Origin: Octopus vulgaris
Lineage: Eukaryota
DNA length: 64,000 bases
Reading direction: 5' to 3'
NCBI GenBank assembly: GCA_951406725.2
Contig: OX597827.1
Span: 31,992,001-32,056,000 of the forward strand
In this document: in pieces, positions 13,969 to 27,574 of the stretch
Layout: the number at the start of each line of letters is the position of its first letter
Numbering within the stretch: position 1 is the first letter of the stretch
Notes under the pieces: model-generated
What the model saw: the letters and a program-made list of their open reading frames with translations, nothing else
Told to the model about the DNA's origin: nothing
Database searches by the model: none
Made by a program: the position numbers and the translations under genes

Positions 13969-14052
13969 GCACGCAGAGACAAAATCATATACAAACACAT
14001 ATATTAAGCAAACACATACATACAAACATCACACAAATACATAAGACACGCG

Positions 14053-14112
<60 letters not shown>

Positions 14113-14446
14113 CAAAAATATTAAAAATTACACGCAACAATTCTGCAATATTCACAGCAGACATAGGAAAGACAAAAGAAGAGAAAAGGAAAAAAAAGCA
14201 AGAAAAATGGAGAGCAAACACGTGAAGAGCCTTGTAGGCGTCATATTTGACCAGCACAAGGAAACAACAACAAGCATGGCAACAACAAAGGCAGCAACAA
14301 GCACAACAACGAGCGCTACAAGAAGCACGACACAACAAGTACAATAGTAAGCACAAAAGTAACAACAAGCAGACGAACAATAACAATGGACACTTCGGTG
14401 AGAAAATGGCAGCGACTTCAGAGCTCTGGTGGGCGACGGAAAATTT

Positions 14447-14518
14447 ATATGAGTCGTGGGTATAAAAAGGGAGTTGGAGATTAATATGAGTCATGGGTAT
14501 AAAAAGGGAGTTGGAGAT
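14447..14518. repeat. 35-bp direct tandem duplication containing TGAGTC(G/A) and TATAAAAAG
   Basis: Units at 14447-14481 and 14484-14518, one mismatch. Confidence 0.95.
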
Positions 14519-15216
14519 GCATCTGTAATGTTATTTGATTGTCTTTATAGACTTTGACTCCTAATTAAATATTAACTTCCAAAATATTATTTTTAAATGT
14601 AATATTGTAATAAAATGCCTGGCGTGCAAACCATTCTGTCTGTTCGTCGCCTTACTCTGGCCTAAAATTAAGTTTGCGAACATTAATATTAAGTTTGGGA
14701 ACATTAAATATTAAAGAAAAGTGGGTGGCAGTTAAAAAACTTTGAGGAGCAATGCAGTGTATTTGTTTCTGCTGAGACTGCTCTGAGCTCAAATCTCACC
14801 GAGGCCAACTTTTCTGTCGCCCTTTCGGAGTTAACAAAAAATATGTTCAGGGCAGTGAATTGGCGGACAAGTTTAGTTGGTGGTGCAGCAGATGTGTGTA
14901 GTAGTTTGACGAGCAAAGTATCCCTGTTTGTCGTGTCGGATGAAAGTTTGTCAGAGACTAAAGCTAACACTCTCTCTCTTTCACACACACACATACACTT
15001 CCACCACCACCAACAACATTTACGTCGTCATCTCTACCTCTACCGCTGTCAAGACCTGCTAAAACAACAAACAGGAATACCACCTCCACGACCACCAACA
15101 CCACATCCTCCACATCCTACAACTGCCATCGATAGCAACGCAGACAACAAGATCACCACTCCAAACACCATATGCACACTACATTACCCACACATAACCC
15201 CAACAGCAGCACCAGT

Positions 15217-15405
15217 GGAGGCGCAATGGCCGAGTGGTTATGGCAGCGGACTCGCGTTCGTAAGAACGCGGTTTCGATTCCCAGACCGGGCATTGCGAGT
15301 GTTTATTGAGCAAAAACACCTAAGCTCCACGAAACTCCGGCGGGGGTGGGGAGTGAACACCGCTGTACTCTTTCACTACAACTTTCTCTCACTCTTTCTT
15401 CCTAC
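15217..15405 (+). mobile_element. SINE family C, 3'-truncated
   Basis: A box tggccgagtgg, B box gtttcgattcc; homologous to 26608-26910. Confidence 0.85.
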
Positions 15406-15742
15406 TTCTGCCACAAAGCAGAGGAACCATAGTGCAACCCACTATGGTGTGGTAAAACTTTCAGACCCTACTCTAGATTGCGAAACCTCTGTACCCCAGG
15501 ATGGTTCAGCTCTCCACCCGTTAAAAGCCACCGTGTACGGAATGAGGATAACAACGTAGCTTTCGCGCCCGAGCAAGCGCCAGTCTATCACGTGTGGTGG
15601 GTGGATCTTCAAGTTGTCACACGCATTCTTAGTAGCTTAGAGTAGGCTCGAATTAGAGATGATTCTTTGTGGCTAATGGCGTAAGTCCTGATTGGAAGAA
15701 GAAGACAGCAGCTTCACCACATCCACCACCACCACCACCACC

Positions 15743-15807
<65 letters not shown>

Positions 15808-17117
15808 CCACACAGCAACAACGTAAACAGCAATACCAACACCGCCACACAGCACGCACTTCATCACCCACGTCGACAACACCAGCATCACCGCTAACAA
15901 CGCCGCCAACGTCGTGTGCCATTGGTAGAAAGAAGTGAGTGTCGCCATTCATAAAAATAACTGACAAAAGACTAAACATGAAGCAACATTTGGAAGAAGG
16001 TCTTGAAGAATTCCCGTGACAGAATCTTACGTATTTTGTCACTGTTCACCATTATTATCTTTCCCACCATTATTTGCCGCGGTTAATTTTCTTTATTCTC
16101 CCACACAGTCTTTTGTATTGTTCTTCGTCGCCTTCTCTTTCTCCTGCTCTGACTAGTTCTTTGTCTTTTTTCTTTCCCTTACCATTAATAATATACTCTA
16201 CGCTCTACTATATTTTTTTATTTCTTTTATCCTCGTTTTCTTCTTTATTTCCTTCTGAACTCACAAGCTCTAGCATAGCTATTCCCGCCATTTATCATAC
16301 TCGACAACAAACCAGGGAGAGAGAGAGAGAGGGGGGAGGGGGGAGAAAGAGAGAGGAAGCAAAACCGACAGAGGCAGAAGAAGAGGAAGAAATGGAGAGG
16401 GCAAGATAGAAATGGAGAGAGAGAGAGAGAGGGAGGGGAACGGAGAAAGAGAGGAGAAGAAAGGGAAGAGAGAAAGAGGGAGACGGAGAAGGTGAGAGAC
16501 GGCAATAGTCTTGGGAATTAAACTTTTAAAAAACATTCATTTTACAAAGAAATATCAAACCAGAGTAAAGAAAGCAAACCACCCGAGGAATCCACAAGGA
16601 TCACCAATAAACATGTACTGACTTCTGGGCCACACAAACAAAAACGGTCCAGAATTCATCAATTAATGTTGGTTATGCAAACGTTGCGCAACTCACAATT
16701 GTAAACTACAGACAAAACAATAGCGCTTCGTATCGTAACAAACAATATTTTCAAGCTATTCTTTATAGCTTCCTCTGCTTCGAGTTTCACGTTCTCTCGA
16801 AGTTTCTAAATTCTTATGACGTCAGCAACATATAATTCTCGCTGGTAAGATTAAAATTTCTAAATTGTATGGAAAAATTCGGAAGAACGTTTTGGCCCTA
16901 TCGTAGAACGTCTACCATGTATACACAAGACGTAGGCTCGAGTCTCACGGGCAACCTTCGACATCTTTCTGTTCAAAGGAATTTTTTTGCATGCTAACGT
17001 TTATAGCTTTATCTACTTCGAATTTCACCGATCCATAAAAGAAACTATATGCAGTTAATTTCTACAGCAAAACAACTGAAAGACGAAAAACCACCAGGAT
17101 ATGTAAGTAACACAGAT

Positions 17118-17522
17118 TCTTTTCTACTCTAGGCACAAGGCCCGAAATTTTGGGGGAGGGGGAGCCAGTCGATTATATCGACCCCAGTAGGCAACTAGTA
17201 CTTAATTTATCGACCCCGAAAAGATTACAGGCAAAGTTGACCCCGGCGGAATTTGAACTCAGAACGTAAAGACAGACAAAATACCTATTTCTTTACTACC
17301 CACAAGGGGTTAAACACAGAGAGGACAAACAAGGATAGACAAACGGATTAAGTTGATTATATCGACCCCAGTACGTAACTGGTACTTATTTAATAGATCC
17401 CGAAAGGATGAAAGGCAAAGTCGACCTGGGCGGAATTTGAACTCAGATACGTAACGGAAGACGAAACACCGCTAAACATTTCGCCCGGCGTGCCAACGTT
17501 TCTGCCAGCTCACAGCCGCCTT
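17118..17522 (-). mobile_element. Composite (dimeric) SINE B
   Basis: Long-tail unit fused to a headless short-tail unit; degenerate TSD gtaagtaacacagattc / gcaaggaaaacagattc. Confidence 0.9.
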
Positions 17523-18229
17523 GCAAGGAAAACAGATTCCAGCTACTGCAGACTTCCAATCCATCTATTCTATTACAAGTATTTCTCTATTACAAGTATT
17601 TTTACATGATAATCCATTTACAACAAATCTCCAAATATAATTACCATATAGCATTACCCACAATGCTATTCATTATGGTTTCCTCTTTCATTCCGAACAA
17701 ACACGACTAAAGACTGTAAATATGAATTGCTTTTGCGCTTATAATGAAGCATAAATGCTTACGTATTTGAATTTTTATCACACATGCGCGCGCATTCACC
17801 TACACACGCACACACATACACACACACATAAGAGCGCATTTATTCAAACACTCACACAAACACACACACATTCACCCAAACACACGCATACATTTACCCA
17901 AAACTCAAACACATACATACACATTCACCCAAACACACACATACACATTTACCCAAACACACGCACACACATTTAACTAAACACTCAAACACACATACAT
18001 TTACCCAAACACTCACACACACACGCACACACACACACACGCATACACACACATTGGCGCGCGCACGCGGATTATATAGTGTGCAGTGCAACACGTATTA
18101 CAAAGTCTAAAATAAATTTTATGTGAACTATAGTTTTCTTTTTAAATTACGCAGTCAGAACACCTACGCGCGCATACACACACACACACACGTGTTGCTG
18201 TATGTGTGTGCGTATGTATGTGTGTCCGT

Positions 18230-18832
18230 GTTCTGGGTGTGACTTTAAATTACATTCGGTAGTGGGGAACTGGTTCGAAAGATCCAGGACCTCAAGCAGT
18301 TTAAAATAACCTCTCAGCCACTACAGTTCCTGACGCTGCTGATCCGAGTTAGAAGCACCTGCGAAGGCCCCCAGCTATATGTTAACTAGAATGTCATGGA
18401 AGAAACTCCAAACACGAACCTCCACTGCCTTGCGAGTGCCTTGAGGAAGGAAAATGTTAGAAGAATCAACCCCAACAGCAAATCAAGGAGTTGAGTCCCT
18501 TAGATGGTCTGGTGCCCTCTTCGACCCCTTCCGGAAATTCCAGGAGCTATCCAGTCATGCAAAGTAATTCATCGAGGAGAAGGCAAATCCATTGTAAAAC
18601 CTACAACTAACCGGAGACCACAGTCATCTTAGCTAACTTAGGCCTTTTAGTCAGATGTCCAACTCCAGAGAGTTGGACTGGACTACTTTGATTGACTCAC
18701 TTTAGAACCACTAAGTGCATACCGGAAGGAAACCGTTCGTGCAATAAGGATCAGTTTACAACAACCACTTGAGGGCGCGCCGGTCTTTCTTGTGATCTGC
18801 GAACACGGAAAAACTGACATCATCATCATCAT
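18230..18832 (+). mobile_element. Non-autonomous bipartite RTE derivative (5'UTR-like part plus 3' tail)
   Basis: aacctccactgccttgcg, ggagttgagtccct and gaggagaaggcaaatcc resemble RTE 5'UTRs (from memory); ends in (CAT)n; no ORF. Confidence 0.55.
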
Positions 18833-18894
18833 ACACACATAGACATATACTCAAACACTTTGTTTCTCTCTGTGTCATCTGTTACATGTGTGGG

Positions 18895-19150
18895 AAATTC
18901 TGTCTGTGAATGTGTTTGTGGAATTGTTAGCTAACTCCTCCTACACCGTTTGTTCGATTTTGATGAAATTTGATACGTGAGTAGAACTCATGTCTGGAAA
19001 TCTCATGGCATACTCAGATTGTTGAAAAAAATCGAAGATAGGGCCCCTGGAAGGGATCCTTATACATGTCTAATATATTTCATTTTAAAGACCAAGGGAA
19101 ATAACCCATTCACCCCTGGAAGGAATCCTTATTTACAGTCAAGAAAAGTT
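18895..19150 (+). mobile_element. Possible non-autonomous Helitron/DINE-like fragment
   Basis: ctgtctgt..aactcctcctacaccgttt..gattttgatgaaatttg motif; internal repeat cccctggaagg.atccttat twice. Confidence 0.4.
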
Positions 19151-19269
19151 ATTTACTTTCAATTATCACATATCTGATTAGCCTGTTATTACGTAACATG
19201 CTTCACGATTTTATTATACATACCTTATTAGTATTTCCTCTTATGTTCTATATACTGTGGGAACACATT

Positions 19270-19434
19270 AAAGCCCTTTAAAGGAGTTTTCAGTCGAAAA
19301 ACTTGATCCCCAAGACTTATTATTTGTAGGTAGTTTCTTTTGCCGAACCCGAACCACTAGGTTACGGGGACATAAACACACCAGCATCGGTTGGCGGGAG
19401 GGACAAACACAGATACACGCACAAACGCACACAC

Positions 19435-19492
<58 letters not shown>

Positions 19493-19672
19493 TATGTATG
19501 CATATACATGACGGTCTACTTTCAGTTTCCGTCTACCAAATCCACTCACAAGTCTTTGGTCGACCCGAGGCTATAGTAGAGGACACTTGCTCAAGTTTCC
19601 ACGTAGTGGGACTGAACCCGGAATCATATGGTTAGGAAGCAAGCCTCTTACCACATAGGCACGACCGCTCCC
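19270..19672 (-). mobile_element. SINE family A
   Basis: Reverse complement of A. Confidence 0.88.
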
Positions 19673-19699
19673 ATACACACACACACACGCACGCACGCA

Positions 19700-20860
19700 A
19701 ACGCTCATAAACACACAGAGGTTGCTGTGAATATATTGTTGTCTAAATTATGCAAAAATGAAATAACACTGACATCTCATTTTAACCAAAATTACATAAA
19801 AAAATATCTTGAAATACTAAAGAGTAAACATATTCAATAAAATCACCATTGGTTTCAACCACAGCTTCCAGACGACTTTGGAATCTTCTGCAACTCTTCT
19901 GGACAGGCTCCTTGTTTAAGTTGGTGAATGCTATCATAATCCCTGCCTTCAGTTCATCTTTGGTGTTGCAAAGAATTTTGTTGGTCTCTCGCTCAACTGC
20001 GCTCCAAACATAATCAAGGGGCTTGCAGTGTGGGAAGTTAGGTGGTCAGATGTTAGGGGTGATGTGGTCGCAAAAATTCTCTGACAACCATAACTGGGTT
20101 CTCCTGCTTGTGTGGCATGGTGCAAAGTCCTGTTGCCAGACACAGGGCCTTCCAACAGTCACCCTCTTGACTCAGGGCAGCCCTACCTCCTCCAGGAATG
20201 TGATGTTGGCCTCCGTGTTAACTCTGAGGTCGTGTGAGAAGATGAATGGAAGCATAACGTTCCCATCACTAGTGATCACTCCAAACATCATGATGTTGAC
20301 TGGATGTTTGATTTTTATTTCTCTCGGAACATGTTTTGGGGACACAGCAAGTCAACGGTTGCTCAGTGTGTTTACTATCTGGTCCTGATAGAAATATTTC
20401 TTGTCTGAGAAAAACCAAAGCATGTTCGGTTGGATTGGATGCTGGAGTTTGTTTAAAAACTTCTTAGAGAGATCTTTTCTCTTGTCCTTGATGGCTTGGG
20501 ATAAAATTTGGCCCTTTCTCATCTTGGATGAGGAATACCAAATGTCTTCATGCACCTCTTCTGCCTGATAAGAAACTCAGACACTCTCATGTCCCTGACA
20601 ATAGACCTGATTGACTTCAAGGGATCGTTGTCAATCATAGCCTAGATCTCACCAACAAATTCAGGAGTTCCTTTCTTATCAGAACGATCAGAGTGTGTTT
20701 TCTGAGCTGCCGTACCTTCGTAATCACTTATCTAACTCTTTCCGAATCCTCTGCACTGTCCTCAGATTGACACTCAAACACTCTGAAATGTCCATATTGG
20801 AGCTTCCGGTGCGAATACCAAGCAGTACAGCATCTCTATAATCCCCACCAGCGAAGGATG
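19700..20860 (-). pseudogene. maT (DD37D) Tc1/mariner transposase relic
   Basis: WFFSDKK, then WQQD-37 codons-D (QQDFAPCHTS..*PPNFPHCKPLDYVW), CRRFQSRLEAVVETNGDFIE, N-terminal HTH; stops and frameshifts. Confidence 0.9.
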
Positions 20861-20974
20861 GAAGAAATAACAACCAAACGTTTAATGAGTGAAACCAGTA
20901 AGAAGCTGAACTTGTAACCGAAAGGTTGCAAAGCACACTTCTTACCACTCGGCCACGGTTGCACCTTATAAGGT

Positions 20975-22068
20975 CAGATTTATACTTAAAGTTTAATTTT
21001 CCTCTGAAAGGAAAATAAGTGAATTTTATTAAAGCAAAGGTCGTCCTTTGAGACCTCTTCAGCGACTCTCCATGCCACGTGTCTCCTGTTCTGTTTAGTC
21101 CATGAAGGATTTCAGACGTCCTATGAAAGTTTGTTTCAAAACATTTTCTTATCAATTGCAATTTGAAATGTAAAGAATTTTACCAATTTCTCTATTTTTC
21201 ACCACTCAAAGAAAAGACAGAAATATATGACAATGACAAGCAGATCTACTGTCATCATTTGGAATAATTACAAAACAATTTCTCCGAATGATTTGAAGAT
21301 ATTTTTGCTGATTCCAAATAGGATTTTAGACTTATTTTCAAGAAATGAAGAAAGTAAAGTAATTACAAAAATTGGTTGAGTTAAAAACTAAAAAAAAAAC
21401 ATGAAGAGTTGAAGATCAAATTTAAGAACAGGCACCATCATTTCTGGTTGCAGTACCAAATTACAAACTCTCAATCCGAGATGATGGATTGTTGTGAAAA
21501 AGTTCCTAATTGCGTTTCCAGGGTCATATTCGGTTGGACCTAAGCTCAGTGTTGCTATGGAGCTTTGAAAATAAGAACATAACTCATCCAAACATTCAAA
21601 TAAAATTATTTCAGAATTTTGTTTGGAAATATCGAATCAAATATGGAAAAATTAGTGACGTCAGATCAGAACCATTTTTAACAGGAATAAATCTGTAATT
21701 TTAGATATTTTTATACAATTTATATTTTGGTTATACCATAAATGCTTAAACCTTTTACTGTAGAAATCAGATATATGCACTCAAAATTTCCTTAGCCAGC
21801 AGTTTTATATAACAATATTTCTTTTGCTGAGGAATGTCTTGTTTGAAACTATTTTGTTGTGAAGCATTAAGTTTATTGAGGTAACGTGACGTGCAGCAAA
21901 TGTAAATTCTATGGCTTTGCAGATATTCAACATTAATACTGGAATAAATATAATAGAAGAAATATTTAAATTTAATTTTCAGGGGTTTCATTTGTGACCT
22001 GCTTTACAGGGGTCGCTGATGATATATATTCTATAAAAGCTAAGCCGAAATAGTTTGAAAAACACTGT
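20975..22068 (+). pseudogene. hAT (Buster/Charlie-type) transposase relic with right end
   Basis: EFYQF..IYCHHLE*LQNNFSE*FEDI and WIVVKKFLIAFPGSY; end ggggtcgc...gtttgaaaaacactg. Confidence 0.7.
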
Positions 22069-22399
22069 AGAGAAACAGCAAATATCTTGCTCAAACTGAG
22101 TTCACCATGACCGCCATCTATATAATCCTCACCAACGAAGGATTTTCTATACAGCTGTTCGACCTACTAGAAATATCAGTCAAATCTCCCTCAAATTATA
22201 CCCTAACATCTCATTTAAGGACAGGTTACGATATATAATGTAACTCCACTTAGCTTAACATTATATGTATGCTCGATTGGAGATAACACGGCCCTAAACA
22301 ACAGCAACAGTGTCACATATGCACGAACGAATCAGATGTTTGAGGGAACTGAGCGATTGGCTTCAAGCTGGTGCCATGGTATATCTGACCAAATGCGTT

Positions 22400-22515
22400 T
22401 GTGGGCCACTCTTTGTCTTTTGACCGACAAAAAGCTTTGAAAGCCAAAGATTTCGTTCGAATGAGGAAGTTGAATTGATTCTAAAAGACCACAACGAGAG
22501 CAAAGACGGGTGTTT
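22400..22515 (+). pseudogene. Possible mariner transposase scrap
   Basis: QRFRSNEEVE resembles the mariner C-terminal region. Confidence 0.3.
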
Positions 22516-22744
22516 AACATGAACAGACTGAGCAGCGGTCGTAAAAGAAAGATGATGATGCAACATACCCCACCACCACATACGTTAAACAACTGCAGGA
22601 GGACAGAAGCAGACTGGACAATTGTCATATTAGAATGGAAATAACACAACATATTGACCATATTATATTCCCCATACACTAATCCACTGCAGATGAGAAT
22701 GTTCAATATGGTCGTCTACAAGATGGATGTACAGAACACATATA

Positions 22745-22970
22745 CACGAGGTGGTGGGGTGGGGTGCTGAAAAGTTCCTGGCTTTAAGGGTGTCATGAAA
22801 GGCATGGATGGAGTCTCAACCATCCAAGTTCTTTTACAGGGCTTAGAAAAACTGAAGGACGGCTGCAATAAGTGTGTGAATTTGAAAGGGAAATATGTTG
22901 AATAAAATCATAACTGATCCTCCTGTATTTTCTTTTTTCCAAAGCCAGGACCTTTTCAGCATTCACTCAT
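22745..22970 (+). mobile_element. Mariner-derived MITE
   Basis: TIRs gtgctgaaaagttcctggcttt / aaagccaggaccttttcagcat; internal GLEKLKDGCNKCVNLKGKYVE* mariner C-terminus. Confidence 0.88.
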
Positions 22971-23138
22971 ATAGCAGTGCTGTCAAAGCCATTCACCTGA
23001 CGACGTGCGAGTACACAACTATTGCTGGATCATATTTATATAATAATATGTATGTGTGAAACACTCAGCAACTAACAGCTGATACACAGAAACAATTGTT
23101 GTGATTTGGATTAAAGCCTGTTCATCCTGTCCTTTTGT

Positions 23139-23196
<58 letters not shown>

Positions 23197-23219
23197 CGTG
23201 CGCGCGCATATATATATTA

Positions 23220-23423
23220 AAGGCGGCGAGCTGGCAGGAAGGTTAGCATATGCTTAGCGGTATTTCGTCCGTCTTTACGTTCTTTAAGTTCAAATTCCGC
23301 CGAGGTTGACTTTGCCTTTTATCCTTTAGGGGTCTATAAATTAAGTACCAGTTGCCTACTGGGGTCGATCTAATCGACTGAGCCCCCTCCCACAAAATTT
23401 CGGTCCTTGTGCCCAGAGTAGAA

Positions 23424-23425
<2 letters not shown>
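23220..23425 (+). mobile_element. SINE family B
   Basis: Matches the B sequence. Confidence 0.9.
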
Positions 23426-23522
<97 letters not shown>

Positions 23523-23635
23523 CGACATGTGCGATGTGTACGTGTACGGATCGATGAATCTGCAGATCATGCTCAATCGACCACTTTACAATCCTCGTAG
23601 CATTGATCTGTTAGATCAAATGTTCATCAACATAA

Positions 23636-23692
<57 letters not shown>

Positions 23693-23859
23693 GCTCTCTC
23701 TGTCGTCGTTTTTCTCTTTATATTATCATTTATCAAAAATACCACAATCACTGTGACTGTCCCCGCTCAGTTATTCATTCCTAGATACACATAGTCGTAC
23801 GACTCAGGTGATCAGCGATGCTTGTGAAACTCAGAGGAGGGGACAGGTAATAATCGAAA

Positions 23860-24257
23860 GGTATTTTTTGGTTATCTTACCGCCATTAAAAACTTGGGTC
23901 ATCTCCACCCAGCCACCCCGTTTTACGAGAAATATCGGTACTTCTGGTCATCTCCTCCAACTATAAAAATTGTTTAACCCTCAATAAAACAAGAAAAAAA
24001 TTTTTTTTTAATTATTGAAGATGAAAATGGAAAAAAATTAAACATCTTACTGAATCTCCTTTACTCTCCTTTATTCTTTTACTTGTTTCAGTCATTTAAC
24101 TGTGGCCATGCTGGAGCACCGCCTTTAGTCGAGCAAATCGACCCCAGGACTTATTCTTTGTAAGTCTAGTACTTATTCTATCGGTCTCTTTTGCCGAACT
24201 GCTAAGTTACGGGTACGTAAACACACCAGCATCGGTTGTCAAGCGATGTTGGCGGGA

Positions 24258-24320
<63 letters not shown>

Positions 24321-24663
24321 GACGGGCTTCTTTCAGTTTCCGTCTCCCAAATCCACTCACAAGGCTTTGGTCGACCCGAGGCTATAGTAGAAGACACTTG
24401 CCCAAGGTGTCACACAGTGGGACTGAATCTGGAACCATATGGTTGGTAAGCAAGCTACTTACCACACAGCCACTCTTAATAACATTTTTATAACAAATCC
24501 TACCATTCCTATCGACGAGGCCAAACGTCAACAATGTGTGGAAGTATTGAATCAAAAGGATCCAACTCTCTTGTCGCCATATTATCTCGATTTTTAAGTG
24601 AGGAGGTGACCCGATTTTTTAATGGCAATTTTTTAATGGGGGTGAGATAACCAAAAATGTTCC
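23860..24663. mobile_element. Mutator-like MITE with nested SINE A
   Basis: About 45-bp imperfect TIRs with GG..CC termini; exact 9-bp TSD taatcgaaa at 23851-23859 and 24664-24672. Confidence 0.82.
24055..24477 (-). mobile_element. SINE family A nested in the MITE
   Basis: Reverse complement of A. Confidence 0.92.
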
Positions 24664-24997
24664 TAATCGAAATACTACAGTAAATAATTGCACTCGACTT
24701 TTAATATTGAGTTCACTCCATCTTGCTCGCAAATTCAAACGCGTGCGCGCGCACACACACACAACCACTCATTCACACTTTCACACATAACTCACTCACT
24801 TATCCTTCCACCTATCCACTTTTTCGTTCACGCGCACTTATACTCAACGCGCACTCACAGTTTCTCTCTCTCTCTCTCTCTCTCTTTGTCTCTTTGTCTC
24901 TTTCACATACACTCACAGATACTCACTCACGCACACAGAAACAGTTACTCACTTATGCACACACACGTTTACTCACATTCTCACATACACTCACAAT

Positions 24998-25047
<50 letters not shown>

Positions 25048-25457
25048 CTTACTCATTCACTTATACACACACACACATACACATCCACACACACACACAC
25101 ACGTTCTTACACATTCACTTAAACACACACGTTCTTACACATTCACTTACACACACACACACACATATTCACTCGCACCAACCCCTGTTCACCAATCCTC
25201 TTGTATAGACAAAACATTCCCTCCTTCCCCGCCGCTGAAACTTACAGACTCCACCACCACCACCACCACCACCACCACCACCACCACCACCACCACCACC
25301 AAACTCCCCCACTCCCCTCTCACTTTCCACATTCCTTTCGATCTATCCCATAGTTGCTCCCGCAAACATCACCACTACCAATACCACGACAGCTACTACA
25401 ACTATCACTTATACCACTTCAATCCTTAATAGCAAAACATTGTCACCACCACAGCCA

Positions 25458-25580
25458 CTACTCATAAGGCTTTGGTCGGCCCGAGGCTATAGTAGAAGAT
25501 ACTTACCCAAGGTGCCACGCAGTGGGACTGAACCCGGAACCATGTGGTTCGTAAGCAAACTATTTACCACACACTCCTGC
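25458..25580 (-). mobile_element. SINE family A head fragment
   Basis: Reverse complement of the A head. Confidence 0.8.
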
Positions 25581-26098
25581 TCTCTCGATCTCCTAGAAGT
25601 ACCAGCTAAATCTCAGTCAAATCTCCTCAGATTTACAAATGATTGACTCAAAAAAAAAAAAAAAAAGACGGGATGGTCCCGGCTGAAATACTCTTGCGTT
25701 GCAAGTTTTATGTGATCAGGGATGACTCAGAGCTAAAAAAAAAACAATAACAATAACAACAACAGCTACTAACAGTTCTTCAATCACCACCACCACCACC
25801 ACCACCACACATACAACTATTGCCATCATCAACCTAAAACGAACGGCCCAGAAATCTACAAAATATACAGAATATGGCATTCGAGGGCGACATCATATCC
25901 TTGTCTTTTCGTCTTTCCTTGTTGCCATTTCCCCGACACTAATCTGCATCTACTTCAGCCCCGCTGCGTCAATCACTTTCGAAAACCTGGCTCCAGACTT
26001 AAAATAGCTACAAATCCACCGCCTTCGCTTCTTACCGACAACGCCAGACGACATCAAAACATAACCAGACATCGCACTCAACAACAATGATAAACATG

Positions 26099-26150
<52 letters not shown>

Positions 26151-26161
26151 ACGCACACATG

Positions 26162-26200
<39 letters not shown>

Positions 26201-26223
26201 ACACACATACACACGCACACATG

Positions 26224-26255
<32 letters not shown>

Positions 26256-26561
26256 TCACAGACTGAAAGGAGAGAGAGAGGAGGAGAGAGAAGACGAAAG
26301 TACTAGGAATTACAAACAATATCTTTACCACAAACATTACAGACACACACACACAGACACACACACACGCACACACATACAGAGGACAGAAATACTATAA
26401 GTTTTAAAGAATATCTCTTCCACAAACATTCAAAACATACATACATACAGGCAGATAAACATATTTGTGTAGAAGACGTAAATGTATGTATGTATGTATG
26501 TATGTATGTATGTATGTATGTATGTATGTATGTATGTATGTATGTATGTATGTATGTGTGT

Positions 26562-26596
<35 letters not shown>

Positions 26597-26607
26597 CATC
26601 CAGAAGG

Positions 26608-26910
26608 GGGAGACACAATGGCCCAGTCGTTAGGGCAGCGGACTTGCGGTCGGAGGATCGAGGTTTCGATTCCCAGACCGGGTGTTGTGCGTGTTTATTG
26701 AGCGAAAACACCTAAAAGCTCCCCGAGGCTCGGGCAGGGGTGGTGGCGACCCCTCTTGTACTATTTCGCCACAACTTTCTTTCACTCTCTCTTTCTGTTT
26801 CTTGAGTAACGCTGCGATGGACTGGCGTCCCGTCCAGCTGGGGGAACACATACACCACAGAAACCGGGCCCATGAGCCTGGCTAGGCTTGAAAAGGGCGA
26901 CGTTTATCGT
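26608..26910 (+). mobile_element. SINE family C, full length
   Basis: A and B boxes; exact 15-bp TSD tatgcatccagaagg at 26593-26607 and 26911-26925. Confidence 0.93.
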
Positions 26911-27574
26911 TATGCATCCAGAAGGCGTCAAAATGAGCAAAATTACACAAAACCATACTCAGAATAAATAAGTCCGACATTTTGTCGACAAAATTCAACA
27001 GCAACAATGAAGGACAGACGGCATATGAGATCGGTCAAGGATTGTGTCAGTCGTATTAAGGCCTTCAATCTCTCCACAACAAACTACATCAAACAAGAGA
27101 CTACAAATAACCTGTAACGATGTCCTAGATATCATAACAGAGTGTACGATGACCACTAAGCCATTGAGAGAAATTTGGGTGGACAAGGTCGCTTTCGAAG
27201 CCCCGAGCGGAAAGTGATCTCTCAAAATTTAAAGAGGTTGTGAGTTTTATTGTTTTCCTTTTTTTTCTTTAGTGAGGGGTTCACCAAGTAGGTACGGACC
27301 TGTTCTTGACTCCCCAATGCCTGGACAGGTGAAATGAGTGAAACAAGCCCGGCAGACCATATGCACAGGCCATTTACACAAAGAAAGAAAATTATTACTA
27401 AACAAAGGGAAAACATGAGAACCTTGACATGCATTGGGTACAATTTGTTGTCACAAAAAACCTCAACCTCCCATTTCAGTCTCCATGTTTAGATGGAAAA
27501 CAACTTCCAATTATCTAGACTCGCCCAACAACCCCAACAACTCATAGTACTACCACAAAATAAATGCGGGAACA

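Noticed and set aside
14247-14465. Q/N-rich ORF
   Set aside because: Low-complexity CAA-rich sequence with a non-ATG start and no recognisable domain
15217-15290. tRNA gene candidates here and at other A/B-box sites (26610, 58495, 16890)
   Set aside because: No complete cloverleaf; most continue into SINE bodies
15430-15685. HDV-like ribozyme hint (cgcca...gctaa-tggcg)
   Set aside because: P2 and J4/2 fit, but I could not build P3/L3 or a G-initiated P1
15669-15938. Pro/Thr-rich ORF ending at a gtgagt donor-like site
   Set aside because: Built from (CCA)n(CAA)n repeats; no domain or partner exon seen
26995-27443. Non-repetitive ORFs with splice-like signals
   Set aside because: No recognisable protein motif or consistent exon frame
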